Positions 40,358-53,092 of a stretch of DNA of 64,000 nucleotides are shown piece after piece. Position 1 is the first letter of the stretch; every line of letters begins with the position of its first letter. The stretch covers positions 131,566,001 through 131,630,000 of the forward strand of contig CM059432.1 of NCBI GenBank assembly GCA_030390025.1, given 5' to 3'. Under the pieces are notes generated by a model. The model was not told the origin of the DNA, did no database searches, and saw only the letters and a list, made by a program, of their open reading frames with translations. The position numbers were made by a program, and so were the translations under genes. The stretch comes from Squalus acanthias. Taxonomy: Eukaryota.

Positions 40358-41239
40358 GGGGGAGAAATTCAGTATCGCCCCATTTGGGGCGCAATTATCG
40401 GCTGGGCGCAAAGATTAGCGCCTGGCACTAATTATCGCCACCGACTGCAAACTTGACTTTTATCGCCCCTGGAGGTGATTGGAGCGCTAAATCAGGCGCT
40501 TGACACCTGTCTTAAGGCGCAAAGGCCGAGGAGCGAGGCGCTACCTCAGAGCGCTGGCGAAGCTCATGTAATGTCAGTCAGCAATGGAACACATACACAA
40601 TGGCACGGGCCAGTTCTTAAAGGGGATGGTTAATCTCACTTTCCATCCACATCCTGCTAATTGCAGCCTTGAATCTCGGCCTGGAGAGACCTGCACATCA
40701 AATCTGCTGGAAAGAACAATGGAGAGTACCAGGCAAAGAGCTCAGAGTGCAGCCCCCACAGTCTCTTCTAAATCGATACAAGGAATGGCAAATCAAAATG
40801 AACCTACAAAGTGCTGCTCCGTACCCAAAACTCCTTCACACAACGTTGAAACTCTCCAGAAGTCTCTCTCTCTCTCTCTCAGAATGCGTAGTTCAAAAAT
40901 GGCACCAACAATAAAAGGCAGGAAGCGGTCACCTTTAAATAGCGCTCCCCCTTTCCCTTCATGACTGCAGAACGCTCCCCTCAACCTGTCGTTGCTAGCG
41001 TCAGGCGGTAAGGCAGGGGGCGCCACTCAATATCCACTCCGGGGCGTTGCACACTCGACTGATGTCACGATCTGCCGGCGCAGGAGATCGTGGCGGTAGT
41101 GTTTAGCGCCGCCGCAAAATGTCTAGTTAATTTCGCGAGCGACGCAAACTTCGCCGCGCCTGGGCGCTAGATGCTTTGCGCCCCATTAGCGCCCTCTTAA
41201 GGCGCTAACGGGAGGCGCAACCAACTGAATTTTTCCCCC
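40358..41239. mobile_element. PIF/Harbinger-type MITE, GC/CpG-rich ends
   Basis: TIRs GGGGGAGAAATTCAGT ... ACTGAATTTTTCCCCC flanked by TTG on both sides; many GGCGC subterminal motifs. Confidence 0.75.
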
Positions 41240-41525
41240 TTGGTTCCTAATACTCCCTGCAGTAATTTCTTAGTCTTGTATTACTAAGGAATGCTATTTA
41301 CCAAATGTTGCATTTCAAATATGATCAGATTGTAGATTCCATTTAAAGTGTGAAAAATCTGCTTTTGGCAGTTAAATCACACAGCTGTATTGTTTTAAAA
41401 ACAGCATTACGATCCACTGTGCACCCCAAGTACCAGTTTTTGTCACTGGAAAGAAACTGTAATGCTGAGTTGCGATCAGTGCTGAGTGTAAACAAATCGT
41501 AAGGTTTAAGTTTGGGTTCCTCCCC

Positions 41526-41557
<32 letters not shown>

Positions 41558-43405
41558 GAGTGGTGGCACTCAACATTCAATTGTATCTAAATAAAAATAG
41601 ACTTTCAAGTAGAGAAATTTACCAGGAATTTCCATGGGGGTTCTCCTGATCGTCCACCTTAACTTCAGCGGAAGATTGGCCGAAACCCTGGAACAATGGT
41701 ATAAACACCTGTCATTCTGTTCACCAGGGTTTCCACCAAAGTTACAGCGGAGGATCAGGGAATGTCCATGGAAATGCTACCCCATTGTATTATTAACCCT
41801 TTAAAATATACACTGAAGTGTCCACTATTATCAAGCAGGTTACATCAGTTTTGTTTGCCAGTTCTGCCTTTGGTGTCCCCAGTATACTGTATGTAGTATT
41901 TCTGTATCTGAAAGTTACCAGAAAATCACATTTTCTATCAGTTTTTACGACAATCATTAAGCAAGAGATTACTACTGGTGATAATTGCAGACAAATGCTT
42001 AATTACCTTTGTGTTCTCATTTAAATTATGCATTAACTCGTTAATTTTAAATGGGTTAACACCTCTATTAAAGTCGTTGACATAAGAATGTTATATGAAT
42101 GCAGAATTTTTACTTGTGCTTGGGTGTAAAAGATCGCCTGGGCAGAGTTCATAGTTGAAATCCGAGGGGGTTCGCTTGTCCATAATGGAGCCTGACCGAT
42201 TTCCCACCCATTAATTTAAATGGGTGTAAAATCAGTCGTGAGATCCTCCCCGCCCAAATATCCTCTGTGTGCTCCACTGAGACTATCCTTTATGCTCAAG
42301 TGCAAGTAGAAGAAAAGCTTACCCTTTGTGTGCTGCTTGCCCAATTAAAATGAACAGTTGTTGACTTCCATTCTGTTTAACTGAAAATGTTGGAGGTTAA
42401 TTTTCACTTTGGGCACAGGCGGAAAACTGGGCACTGTGAAACAGTGGCCCATTACACACCTCGCCTGATTTTCAGTTCTACTGTGGAAAGGAAAATTAGG
42501 CAGGGTGTATAATGTCTGGCTGATCCGTAACCCCCAGTTTTCCACCTGCACCCAAAATTACCCCATCAATTCGTAAGGCTGGAATCTGTTGGGTTTTTTT
42601 TGGTAAGTTTAGTTTTAGGTGCAGTTTCTGGTTTTTATTGTGTTTGTGGCTTAATGTTTGCTATACATGACTCCTTTTGCACAGACCTCTAGCTACAGCA
42701 TTGCTGATACCAGCAGCTGTCAACCTCTGTTCTAATCACCCTGCTCCGTATGGGCATTCCACGAACATAAGAAAATAAGAGACAGGAAAAGTCCAAACGG
42801 ACCGTCTAGCCTGTCCCATGTAGCTGTGATGCCTGTTTGGACATTATTGCCAGCTGCTAGATATGTACACACAGCTTATAAGGGACACCTTCACCTTGTC
42901 AACAACTAACGAGGCTCCCTTTCGGTCCCAACCTCCTCCTGTTCATTTGTGTATCCTCAGTGGCAGGAGATTCTGAGATGGCTCTCTGATGCTTTCCAGC
43001 AGGAGCCTTGGGAGACTGAGGTGTCACTTCAATACCTTTGGTTGTGGGTTATTTTCTGCTTTAAGAAGAAAATAGTGTGTGAAGACACTTGCATGGAATG
43101 CAACTCAGGTGTCAGAAAGCATTCCTTAATGAGGGTGATATCGGGTGCAGGAAATGATCAAACACTCTGAGCTTCTGACGTTGAGCTTCTGACACTGAAT
43201 AGCTTTGCAGGAGTTGCTGTAGGTCAGTGGGTAAAGTGGGTATAGTGGCTATGATGGTAAACTATCAATCCAGTGGTTATGAGCTGAGATCCCATCTTGG
43301 CAAGTTCTGAATTAAATAAACATGGTAATTTGAGGGCTAGTTCCAGAAATAATAATCGTGAGAGCTCCCAGATTGTCATAAAAATCCCTACTTTTTTTTC
43401 TTTAG

Positions 43406-43504
43406 TCTGCAGATCTGAAATCTCGTTATATCGAACTTCTTACAAGATCTGGTGATTATTACAAGTATCTAAGTGAGATGTTGAAGAACATGGAAGAAGT
43501 AAAG
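43406..43504 (+). CDS. DSP: Desmoplakin exon (exon 22 equivalent), 99 nt
   Basis: ctttAG acceptor; SADLKSRYIELLTRSGDYYKYLSEMLKNMEEVK; donor GTGAAT. Confidence 0.95.
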
Positions 43505-43809
43505 GTGAATTTATTTTTATTTTTCTGTTGCAGGAAAATTAATATTCATATTATAGCTCCTCCTGAAAATATTGCAATGGCAGCTGGCTGTTTTCAAGTA
43601 GGAAATAAAAATATTCTCTGTTGTAATATAGTCTGGTGTATTTTTAAAACTCTGTACATTTACCAATTGGACAGCCTTTATTTGCTCTAAAAAAAATAAC
43701 CATGGTTACAACTGTAAACAATGTTTTAGATTATAGATTTTGTTTATATTAAATGTAGGATACAAAGCAAAATATCACAGGCTGCTTTAATCTAATTTTA
43801 ATTATACAG

Positions 43810-45627
43810 ATAAAAAACACAAAAATAGAACTTTTGGAAGAGGCACTTAAACTTGCCAAAGATGAGAATGCTGATAGTATGCACCAGAAGAAGTTTCTTG
43901 ATCAACATTTAAGCCAGGTTCAAACTGAGTATACAGACTTCAGGAAAAGGATTTTACTCTTAGAGGAGCAGAAGAGAAATGCTGAATTGGACCGTGATGC
44001 CACAAAGCAGAGCCTGGATGCATACCTTATCCAAATAAAAGAAATCAATGAAAAGATTACAAGATTGACATTTGAAATTGAGGAGGAAAGAAGAAAGAGA
44101 AAATCAGCTGAAAACCGGTATGATCAGCAAAAGGATGAACATGACAGTACTTTCCGAATGAAACAAAAGGAACTGGATGAAGCCATGTGGCTAAAATTGG
44201 AGATTGAGAAATCAATCAAAGACAAAGAAAACGAGATAGAAAGGCTTAAGAGTCTATTGCAGGAAGAGTCTTTAAAAAGGAGGCAGTTTGAAAGTGACCG
44301 AGATAGCCTTAGGGACAAGTTTGAGCAGGAAAACAGGATGTTGAAGTCACAGATAGAAAGAGAAGTTCATATAAGAGAAACCACAGTTGAAAAGCTAACT
44401 ATAAAAAAGGAAGATGATGTTGCAACTTTGAAAATTCAGTTGGAGAAAGCTTTGAAAGAGAAACAGAATCTCATGGAAGAAATAGAACGATTAAGAAGTT
44501 CTGTCAGAGAAACTGAATTCAGTAGAAAAAGGGCAGAAAAGGATGCTTTGCAGCAGAAATCAGTTGGTGTTGAGGAATCTAGAAAGAGACGGGATCTTGA
44601 ACTAGAAATACAAACACTCACCAAATTTAAAACAGAGGAAACACTGAGGCTTAAATCATTTCAGCAGGATACCGCTAAGGCAATCCAAGACAAAGGAAGG
44701 GAGATTGAAAAGCTAAGAATTTTATTAGAGGAAGAAGTCAATAAACGGAAACATTTGGAAAGTGAAAATGATAAGTTAAAACAACTGCAAATTGATTTTC
44801 AGAAGAAGGACTCAGAAAAACTGATCAAAGTTAAAACTACAGAGCAAGAGTTTACATTAATAAAGATAGAACATGAGAAAATATCTAGAGAAAAGGGTAG
44901 GATGGAACAAGAAATTGCACGACTCCAGAATAGTATAAGGGAAGCAAACCTTGTGAAATACAAGATAGATGAGGAACTAATGCAACTAAAGAGGAATGTG
45001 CTTGAAGAATCTTCAAAGAGAAGAAAGGCTGAAGAAGAGGTTGAACGCATTGAACAAAATTGCAGGGAACATACAATCTCAATTACTAAGCTCACACAAC
45101 AGATTGAAGATATCTCAATCATGAAGAAAAAAGTTGAAGATGATCTCAGTCAAAAACACACAACTTTTGACCAACTACTGAAAGAGAAGACCATCAGCAC
45201 AGGGGAGATGAATAGATTGTATGCTGACGTAGAAACATTGCGTCGCCAGTTGAGTCAAGAGCAGGAGAATACAAGACAGGCTCATCAGAGAAATGAACAC
45301 TTACAAAAAACTATTGAAGATAAAAGCAAGGCTTTGAATGAAAGCATAAGCGAAATAGACAGACTGCGTTCAGTTGTGGAAAATCTCACAAAAGAACGAC
45401 TGAAGCTGGAAGAAGAATTAAGAAATTTGAAGACAAACTTTGATGATCTTCAGAGAATCCAAAATGAAGCTGAGGGTGATAAATCAAAAACTATCTCCGA
45501 ACTGAGACTCCAACTTGAACTAACTAACAGAAGAACAACTGACCTTCAAGGGCTAATTAATGAGTTAAAGAATGAGAGGGAAAAATTGAGACTGGAAGTT
45601 GAAACATTCCAAAAGCAGGCTCTAGAG
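43810..45627 (+). CDS. DSP: Desmoplakin rod-domain exon (exon 23 equivalent), 1818 nt
   Basis: atacAG acceptor; long E/K/L/Q-rich coiled-coil ORF IKNTKIELLEEALKLAKD...TFQKQALE; donor GTACAT. Confidence 0.95.
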
Positions 45628-48169
45628 GTACATGCAAGTTTTTTATTGTTTTATCACGTGAAGTATTTTGTATTAGTTTTATTAACTATCTTTACTGTTT
45701 GGAAAAAAAACCTAAGGTGAATGCTAATGTAATTTGGTGTTCTACTATTTTGAGTACCCTTAGTTTCCAGAAACTGTGGGAACTAACTTGAGGTAGTTCT
45801 GTGGGAGTTCCCTGATCTCCCAACGTAACACCGATGTTACGCCGGGTGATTCAGAGAAGCCCCGTGAAAATTACTGCCACAGTTTTGTTTTCCCCATTGC
45901 AGTGCCAATTACGTTTTTGCTTTATTGAAGATTCTGACATCGTTTTCTCAAAGTTATTTATTATAGAAAAGAAAGGAATCTCCAACAGGCAAGTGACATT
46001 TTAGGTGACTGTGAATCTTTTGGATCCTCAACAACCACCTAAGATGTCTGTTCTGCTTCAGTTAAATATGGTATGGCAATTATCTAATCCTTAATCAACG
46101 AGATAGAAAAGACAACAAAACCCAAGGAGCATTGAAGTAGGTGGAGTAGAGATTGATGACCTATCTTTCTGCTGTTTGGTGTTGGGTTCATTGTCGTGAA
46201 TTTGTTCTTGCTTGTGGCTGCTGGACTCGCGACTTGGCCTATACATATACAAAACTCTAAAGGTTTCATTTTTGTAGAATTTCCAGCGTGCCACTAACTA
46301 CTCAGTTTAGTAGTCAGGATTTATCCAACTTGCTATTACTCTGATGCTAGACCAAAGGGCAGCAGCAAATCATCCCAGTATCCTGTTTATTCAATACAGG
46401 AAATAAATTTCTCCTGTGTGGAGGATGGATTTATGGCAGATAACCCCACAATTTGGGATCTAGTGGACTGTAACATCCACTTTATCCAAGAAAAGGACCT
46501 TTTATCAACTGAGACCATATGGCAGGAATCTCAAGATATTCTTGAAGTAGCAGAATGTTCTCCCACATATTTGGAGGTGGTCTTTGGACTTAGATTTTGC
46601 TTCTCATCATGCATCATCTTCTGTGTCTGAGGAGACGGGTAGTTTTGATATGAGGAGTTCAGTCAGTTCCTGACACAAAACCATTGTCCCATTTTCTTTC
46701 ACAAAGAAGTGAGGAAATTAACATGTCTATCGATGCTTGCCTATCCAAAACAAGGCAACAGCTAAAATGGAGCTCACAAATTTTAACTGGTAAACGTTCC
46801 TCGGCTTAGCCATTTTAGCATTGATTCCATCACCGGGGGGGGGGGGGGGGGGGGGGAAGAAGAGAAAGAGTTGTCTATAACTGCATGGGAATATACATTG
46901 CCTTTTAGAGATAATTCAGTTAGCTAATCAACACCATTTGACATTGAAGTTTTCCAATTTTCCTGGGGTTGCAATTTCAGTAGGTCCTAGTATCATTGGC
47001 TAAGGATTCTGCTGTTGAACATCATTATGCCGACTATATCCCTATGCAATTAAAATATATATATATATCCCCAAAATTCCTCGATCCTGTGGTTATGGCA
47101 AGATGTTGCTCACGGGTACCCGCCTGCGCAAACCCCACTGGAATGTGTAGGGTCATTGGGAGAGCACCTAATTAGCATGGGGCTGGCAGGTTCAAGTGCC
47201 ACTACAGGCATGTTTCTGGTTCCTAATTGCCATGGAGGGGTTGGGGGTGGGTGTTGCCTAGGCACCAGATCTCAGCTGCGCTCTCCTTGGCCCCTGTGTA
47301 AAAGGGACAATAAGCATATTTGGTTTTTTAAATGTCTCACTTTTCAGGGATCCATCTGCTTCCCTGGCCTGGGTTCCACTGATGGAGCCCACATTTGCAC
47401 AGTGGGAGACCAGTATGCCTCAATTCCCTTGGAATATCTGTCTCCACCGATACACCAGGTTCCAGCTGAGCCAAGTGGCACAGGAAGTCTCTGTGTAGGG
47501 AGTCCTAGCCTCTGGCTCTGCTTCCCTGATGTCATTTGTCTTGTAAGGGTTGGGTGGTGGATCCACCCCTTAAAAGGCACGTCATAAGCTCCTGGAAACA
47601 GTAGACACCTGGCACGCATAGATCTCCACTGTTTTCCGAGTGGAGAGGTTTGGTGGTCTGTCTCCCAGCAGATTTATGGTGGGAGACTGGCAGAACACCC
47701 AAGGAACTTTGGACTTTCTGTTCCTTTTGCTATTTCTTTACCAAAATATTGGTTATTGCCCATATTCAGTCTATGGTTGAAATGCAAGACACCAATTCTT
47801 CACTATAACATCCAATCAGAATGTTTAGTAGACTGTGGCCACAATAAACATTAAGGTTGCATATTTCCATATAACATGGTTAATGTTGCATATTTCCATA
47901 GAATGTACAGCACAGAATCAGGCCTTTCTGCCCAATAGGTCTCTGCTTCCCTGATGACATTGGTCTCGTAAGGGTTGAGTGGAGGATCCACACTAACCTG
48001 CTCCCACCTCACTTCATCTCGCCCTATCAACATATCTTTCTATTCCTTTTTCATGTACTTATCTAGTTTCTCCCCTAAATGTATCTATACTGATCGCCTC
48101 AACTACTCCATGCGGTAGCAAATTCCACAGTACAATAGTTAGTCACAATACAAGTAGTCTAGAAAGGAA

Positions 48170-48362
48170 ATAACAACAAAGTGCTGGAAAAACTCAGCAG
48201 GCCAGGCTACTTCCGTGGAGAGAGAAACAGAGTTAACGTTTCAGGTCGAAGACCCTTCGTCAGAACTGAGAAAAAAGCAGGAAATGAAACCGATGAAGAA
48301 GCAAGTTTGGAGGCTGGGGAGAGAATAAAAGAACAAAAGGGAAGGTCTGTGAGAAGTAAAGA
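48170..48362 (-). mobile_element. Penelope-like 3' end with 14 bp flanking direct repeat
   Basis: GTGCTGGAAAAACTCAGCAGG...GTTAACGTTTCAGGTCGAAGACCCTTCGTCAGAAC; AGTCTAGAAAGGAA at 48156-48169 and 48363-48376. Confidence 0.75.
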
Positions 48363-49149
48363 AGTCTAGAAAGGAAGCAGCTTCAGACAACACTATCCTA
48401 TTTGTGAGCAAATTTAAAGAAATAGTACACAAAATTGACTATCTACGTAAAATAGAACATGATTCTATAATTCCTTAAACTCCTTTTACTTTTTTTTTCT
48501 TACTCTATGTATATTGGTGGTATAATGCATCCTGTGGATTTATGCAAAACCACTATAATCAATTTAATGTAAAATAAACTTGCACCAGGATCATGATGCA
48601 ATTAAAGTCACAGGCATAATTTGTCCAATCAGGTGCATATGAATGTTGCCAAATAAATTTCAACTTAAACGGATCTAGGCTATTTGCCTTCAACTTTGAA
48701 TACAGGGCCCATTTTTAAACACTGTTGACACAAAGACTCCTTGCAGTTACCACAATTACTAGTTTCACAGAGATGTTCAATATATTACATATTTACTGCT
48801 GACATTGTACTCGTGTTGCTTAAGATAACAATGTATAACAAGTTCCAAAATTGACCAACAGTTCCCCTTTCAAACAGCTGTAATCTCTCCTCTGACTAAC
48901 TTTGTTGTTAAATGCCATACACGATATAAGTGGACCCTGTAATTCTTTACATCTCCTCAGTGGTCTGATGGTGCTCCTTGTCCCATCTTGATTTATTGCT
49001 CCTGTAAAACATTACAAGTGCCTTTTAGATTTGTTACTTTTTCCTTCAATTTTTCATTTTACAATTGCACTGTTTTTGAAGCCTTACAATAATTCTTTTG
49101 TCTCTTTCAGATTGTGTGTTAGGGTCGAGTTAACATTACTTACATGTTC

Positions 49150-49605
49150 AGATGTGGCTTAGTGGTAGCAGTCATGCCTTTTGAGTTTAAAAAGTTGTGG
49201 GTTTAAGCCCCACTCTCGAGAGTCTAGTCTGACACCTCAGCGCAGCACTTGAGGGAGTGCTGCACTGTCGGAGGTGCTGTATTTTGCATGAGAAATTATA
49301 CCGTGACCCCATCTGCTCTCTCGGATGGATGTAAAAGATTCCTTGGTACTATTCAGAGAAGAGCAAGGGAGTTTCTCAGTGACCTGGCCAATATTTATCC
49401 CTCAACTGACATCACTTTTTAAAAAAAATTATCTGATCATTATCTGGTTGCTATTTGTGGGACCTTGCTGTGTGCAAATTGGCTGCAGCTTTTCCTACAT
49501 TACAACAGTGACTACACTTTAAAAGATACTTCATTGGCTGTAAAGCAATTTGGGATGTCATGAGGTCATGAAAGGCACTATATAAATGCAAGTCTTTTTT
49601 CTTTT
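49150..49605 (+). mobile_element. Deu-domain SINE, near full length with tRNA-like head
   Basis: GTGGCTTAGTGGTAGCA A-box-like and GGGTTTAAGCCCC B-box-like head, Deu core, L2-type tail. Confidence 0.78.
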
Positions 49606-50115
49606 TACATCTTATGGTTGGTGCTCACATTCTTTAAATTGCTAATTTTCTGCTACTAAAACCTTTCTCTTCTGTTTCGTTCCCCTGTAATTGATGAGAG
49701 AGAGAAACATTTAAGAACTTCTACTGTTTTCTTCTCATCCTGAACCTTTCTCTTATCTTCCTCTGAGGACTGTTGTTTGTTCTTTAAATTATTACAATGT
49801 TCTAATTGTTTCATTAAGGGCCTTACAGGTCATGCATTGACCCTTTTTTCCCCCCCTTGTGACTTGACATCTTTTTAAATTCCTCAACAAAGACGACCAT
49901 GACCCATTCAAAGGGGTCCTTATGTCCGTCAGCGTCCAGCACAAAAGTCCATTCATTGATGCTCAAGGACAAATTGTTCAATACATTCATCGAAGTTAGA
50001 TTTGTCTGCTATGGCTAATTCCTGTAATCCGTAAGTAATATTGTAGTCAGAAGTCTCTAAGTACTATTGTCAGGTTGCTACCCTTGCAGTCCACCCTTAA
50101 TGACTCAAGTCTGAT

Positions 50116-50480
50116 GTCCCAACTGAGGTGCCGCTGTTAACTAGCAAGTCTCTAATTATTGAGTTCGAATGAGGAAACCAAAGATTACATGTTCATAAGT
50201 TCAAAATTTATTAAATGTAATACTTACAACAAAACTACTGCTCAAGGATACGATGATTTTTGAGTTACAGTCCTGAGCTCTATCTTCCCGGGTCGAAATC
50301 CAAAATCCTATTGCTATACGCTTCCTTTTATATAGTCTTTTGACACCCTTTTCTACAACCTTTAACGTCAAATTATGTCAGCTTAACACTTTCAGAAAAC
50401 GGTTACGTTTACAATCTCTGTTTTATCAACCAGTTAAGTGGGTACATGATTATTGGTTTCCTGTACATCTACCCATCGCA
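50116..50480 (-). mobile_element. Putative LTR 3' part plus primer-binding site of a decayed LTR retroelement
   Basis: Minus strand: CTATATAAAAAGG (about 50323-50335), AATAAA (50207-50212), ...TTAACA end at 50135, then CGGCACCTCAGTTGGGAC resembling a tRNA-Arg(CCT) PBS. Confidence 0.5.
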
Positions 50481-53092
50481 TGATCATGTCAAAAAAGAAA
50501 GAACTTGCATTTATATAGCGCCTTTCATGACCTCCAGACATCCCAAAGCACTTTACAACCAATTAAGTACTTTTGAAGTGTAGTCACTGTTGTAATGTAG
50601 GAAAAACATTTTCCAGCCAAGACTACCTATAGAACAATAACAGAAGCTCACAATGATTAGCAAAGGCTAATGACATCATCTTTGTCCTTTTGTATGTATT
50701 ATCTAGACATGATACAATGGACAACTTCTTTGTTCTCTGGTTAATTTATCTAAACTTTTTCAGTTCTGCCTAGCTGTAGAGTTTGAGAATTGGCTGACAA
50801 ATAAAGTTAACTCTTGGGTTTACTTGAGCATACTTCCACAACCAGAAACTGTCTGCACACTATAGCATAGTTTCAACCTTGACCCTCAGCAATTTCATTC
50901 ATCATACATCTACTACATAACATCACTAAGGCTACATCACCTGGACATCTGACCACATTTAGATGACTGACTCTTCAGGATTCCTTCTCAAGTGTCAACT
51001 TTTGAAATACCTGACTGGATGATTGCTCGATGCCCTGGGAATACTCTGGTCCCAACATTGCTTTCTGGCCCTCCAAAAGGAGACGTAGCAATTTTTACTG
51101 AGAATCAGAGTGTAAGGATTCTATCTGACCTAAGTGGCATCATGGTAGCTCATGACCTGAGACTTTTCATGAGACTGCTTCAACTGAAACTCATTTGGGG
51201 AGTTGGTTCTTTCCCTCACTCAACCCTAGCATCTATTGCCACATCTGCTGCTGGGAGAACCAGGTTCTTTCCTGGCTGCTTGGTGATCTCTGCAGTCCAA
51301 CATTCTGCAGGGATGCAAACTGAAATCCTTTCTCTGTCTCTTATCTTAGTAACATGATGGCTCATTATGAAACTGATTTTAGGGCTTCAATTAAGCTGTA
51401 TTTATGAACACATGGTGGAAATATCAGTGTTCAACCTTTTCTTGTCCGAACAATCCCTAGAGGAACTTACCTCCATACTGATAAAAATAACCTAAAAGAT
51501 CAATTCAAATAAATCAACAATGTTACAACACCTTTACCAAACACTAGTACTTGGACCTATCTTCTAAGGCATACTTGCTGTTTGGTAGATCAGTTCTAAA
51601 TGCAGGTATTGTGCCTCCCTGCAAAAGGTCCACACACTTCTATTTACGAAAAATCTCAAGTGGTACGGAGGATGCAAGAGTTTTCTTCATTATTTAATGA
51701 AACATACACCTCTTGTGTCATCCAGCCAGCCCTTGCTATTTTTAATGATGAAAGGATACACATATACTACCGTAGTTAACGTCATTTATGCTTATCCTAG
51801 TATTGTACGATGGTATATGTTTCTCTTATTGTAGGAGGAAAAAACCAAAAAACCGTTGAGTATACTTTTATGAGGTCTAGGAGGTAGGGTTACAGAACTA
51901 ATGTCACAGATGCTTAAAACAGTTTAAAGGGATATCCCTTGTTCTTCTCATCAGTAACCTGGACTCAGTCTAGTGGTATGTATAAGTTGCTTTTCTATCC
52001 AGATATCGACCAGGTAGATAATCATATCTCTTTCTGTGGTTTTCCATAAATGTACTCTTGTCATCTTAATCTCCGTTTGAAAATTATCTAGTTATATTTT
52101 TTCAAAAAGGCCTATGTTGCTTTAGTTGAGTATTGTCAATTCTTAGTTAGGCACATACACACACAGTTTTCCAAATGCATGCTGATGCTGAGGAACCTCA
52201 CCCCACTGCCAGCATACACCAGGAAATTACTGGTGTGTCGCTCACAATTTTCCAATATCTACCTGTAGTGGGCAAGTTTTCTTGGCAACAGTACAAACTC
52301 GGAGAATTATCCCCAACTTGATTGTCTTATCTTGGAAGGAAGAATAATTTGATTGCTGGGATCTCTGTTGCCTAACACTTGACTGCCCAGCTGCATTTAA
52401 ATGACTTTAAGGGGAGGGGGAAAATTTCACTGCCTTCCAGATGAAGTTGCAGCAAACCCAGAAGAGGGGTGGTCATATATGATGGGGCAGTGGCAGTAAG
52501 CCTGCTAATGGCCCTGTTTGAGGGAGATTGCCTAAAATGAGCCCATCCCTCTCTTCTGCCTATACTTGTTACCAAGGAAGCCACGACTTAGAGCCTTTCT
52601 TTTAAATTTTTGAAAAAATCTCTGAGGCACTTCTGCCCCATTTAATACAGGCTCCAGTCTTTCTAGTCTTTGAATTTGCCTAGCAATCCTTTTAATGAAG
52701 ATGTCATAATATTACTATATATTAAAACCTTTCCATAAATCTACTTCATAATTGCCTGTTTTTCATATTGTGATGTGATATAAACAGATAACTAATCAAC
52801 AGGAGAAATAATTGAGATTCAAAACATGCAATAACTTGGTTCCTCATTTGAAAGATTCGTCTCTTTAGGACAAACTTGAAATTAAGGAAGTGTGTCAGAT
52901 AGTGAATAGTCAAAGTAAAGTAAGCTAATAGCAACTTGAAATTAATGAATCTGTTGGAAGAATAATTTTGATATTAGGCTATATTAAGCAAATTTATTAA
53001 AAAATCTGGTTTAAAATAACTTTTAAAAGCTTCATTTTGTTGACTCTAAATTAAAATGTGAAAAAATATTTATCTTCTACCTTGACATTTAG

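Noticed and set aside
45628..45720. Hydrophobic extension of the rod ORF (VHASFLLFYHVKYFVLVLLTIFTVW) suggesting a membrane-anchored isoform
   Set aside because: It is read-through past the GTACAT donor into T-rich intron; nothing else supports it.
49150..49220. tRNA gene
   Set aside because: Degenerate tRNA-derived SINE head continuous with the SINE body.
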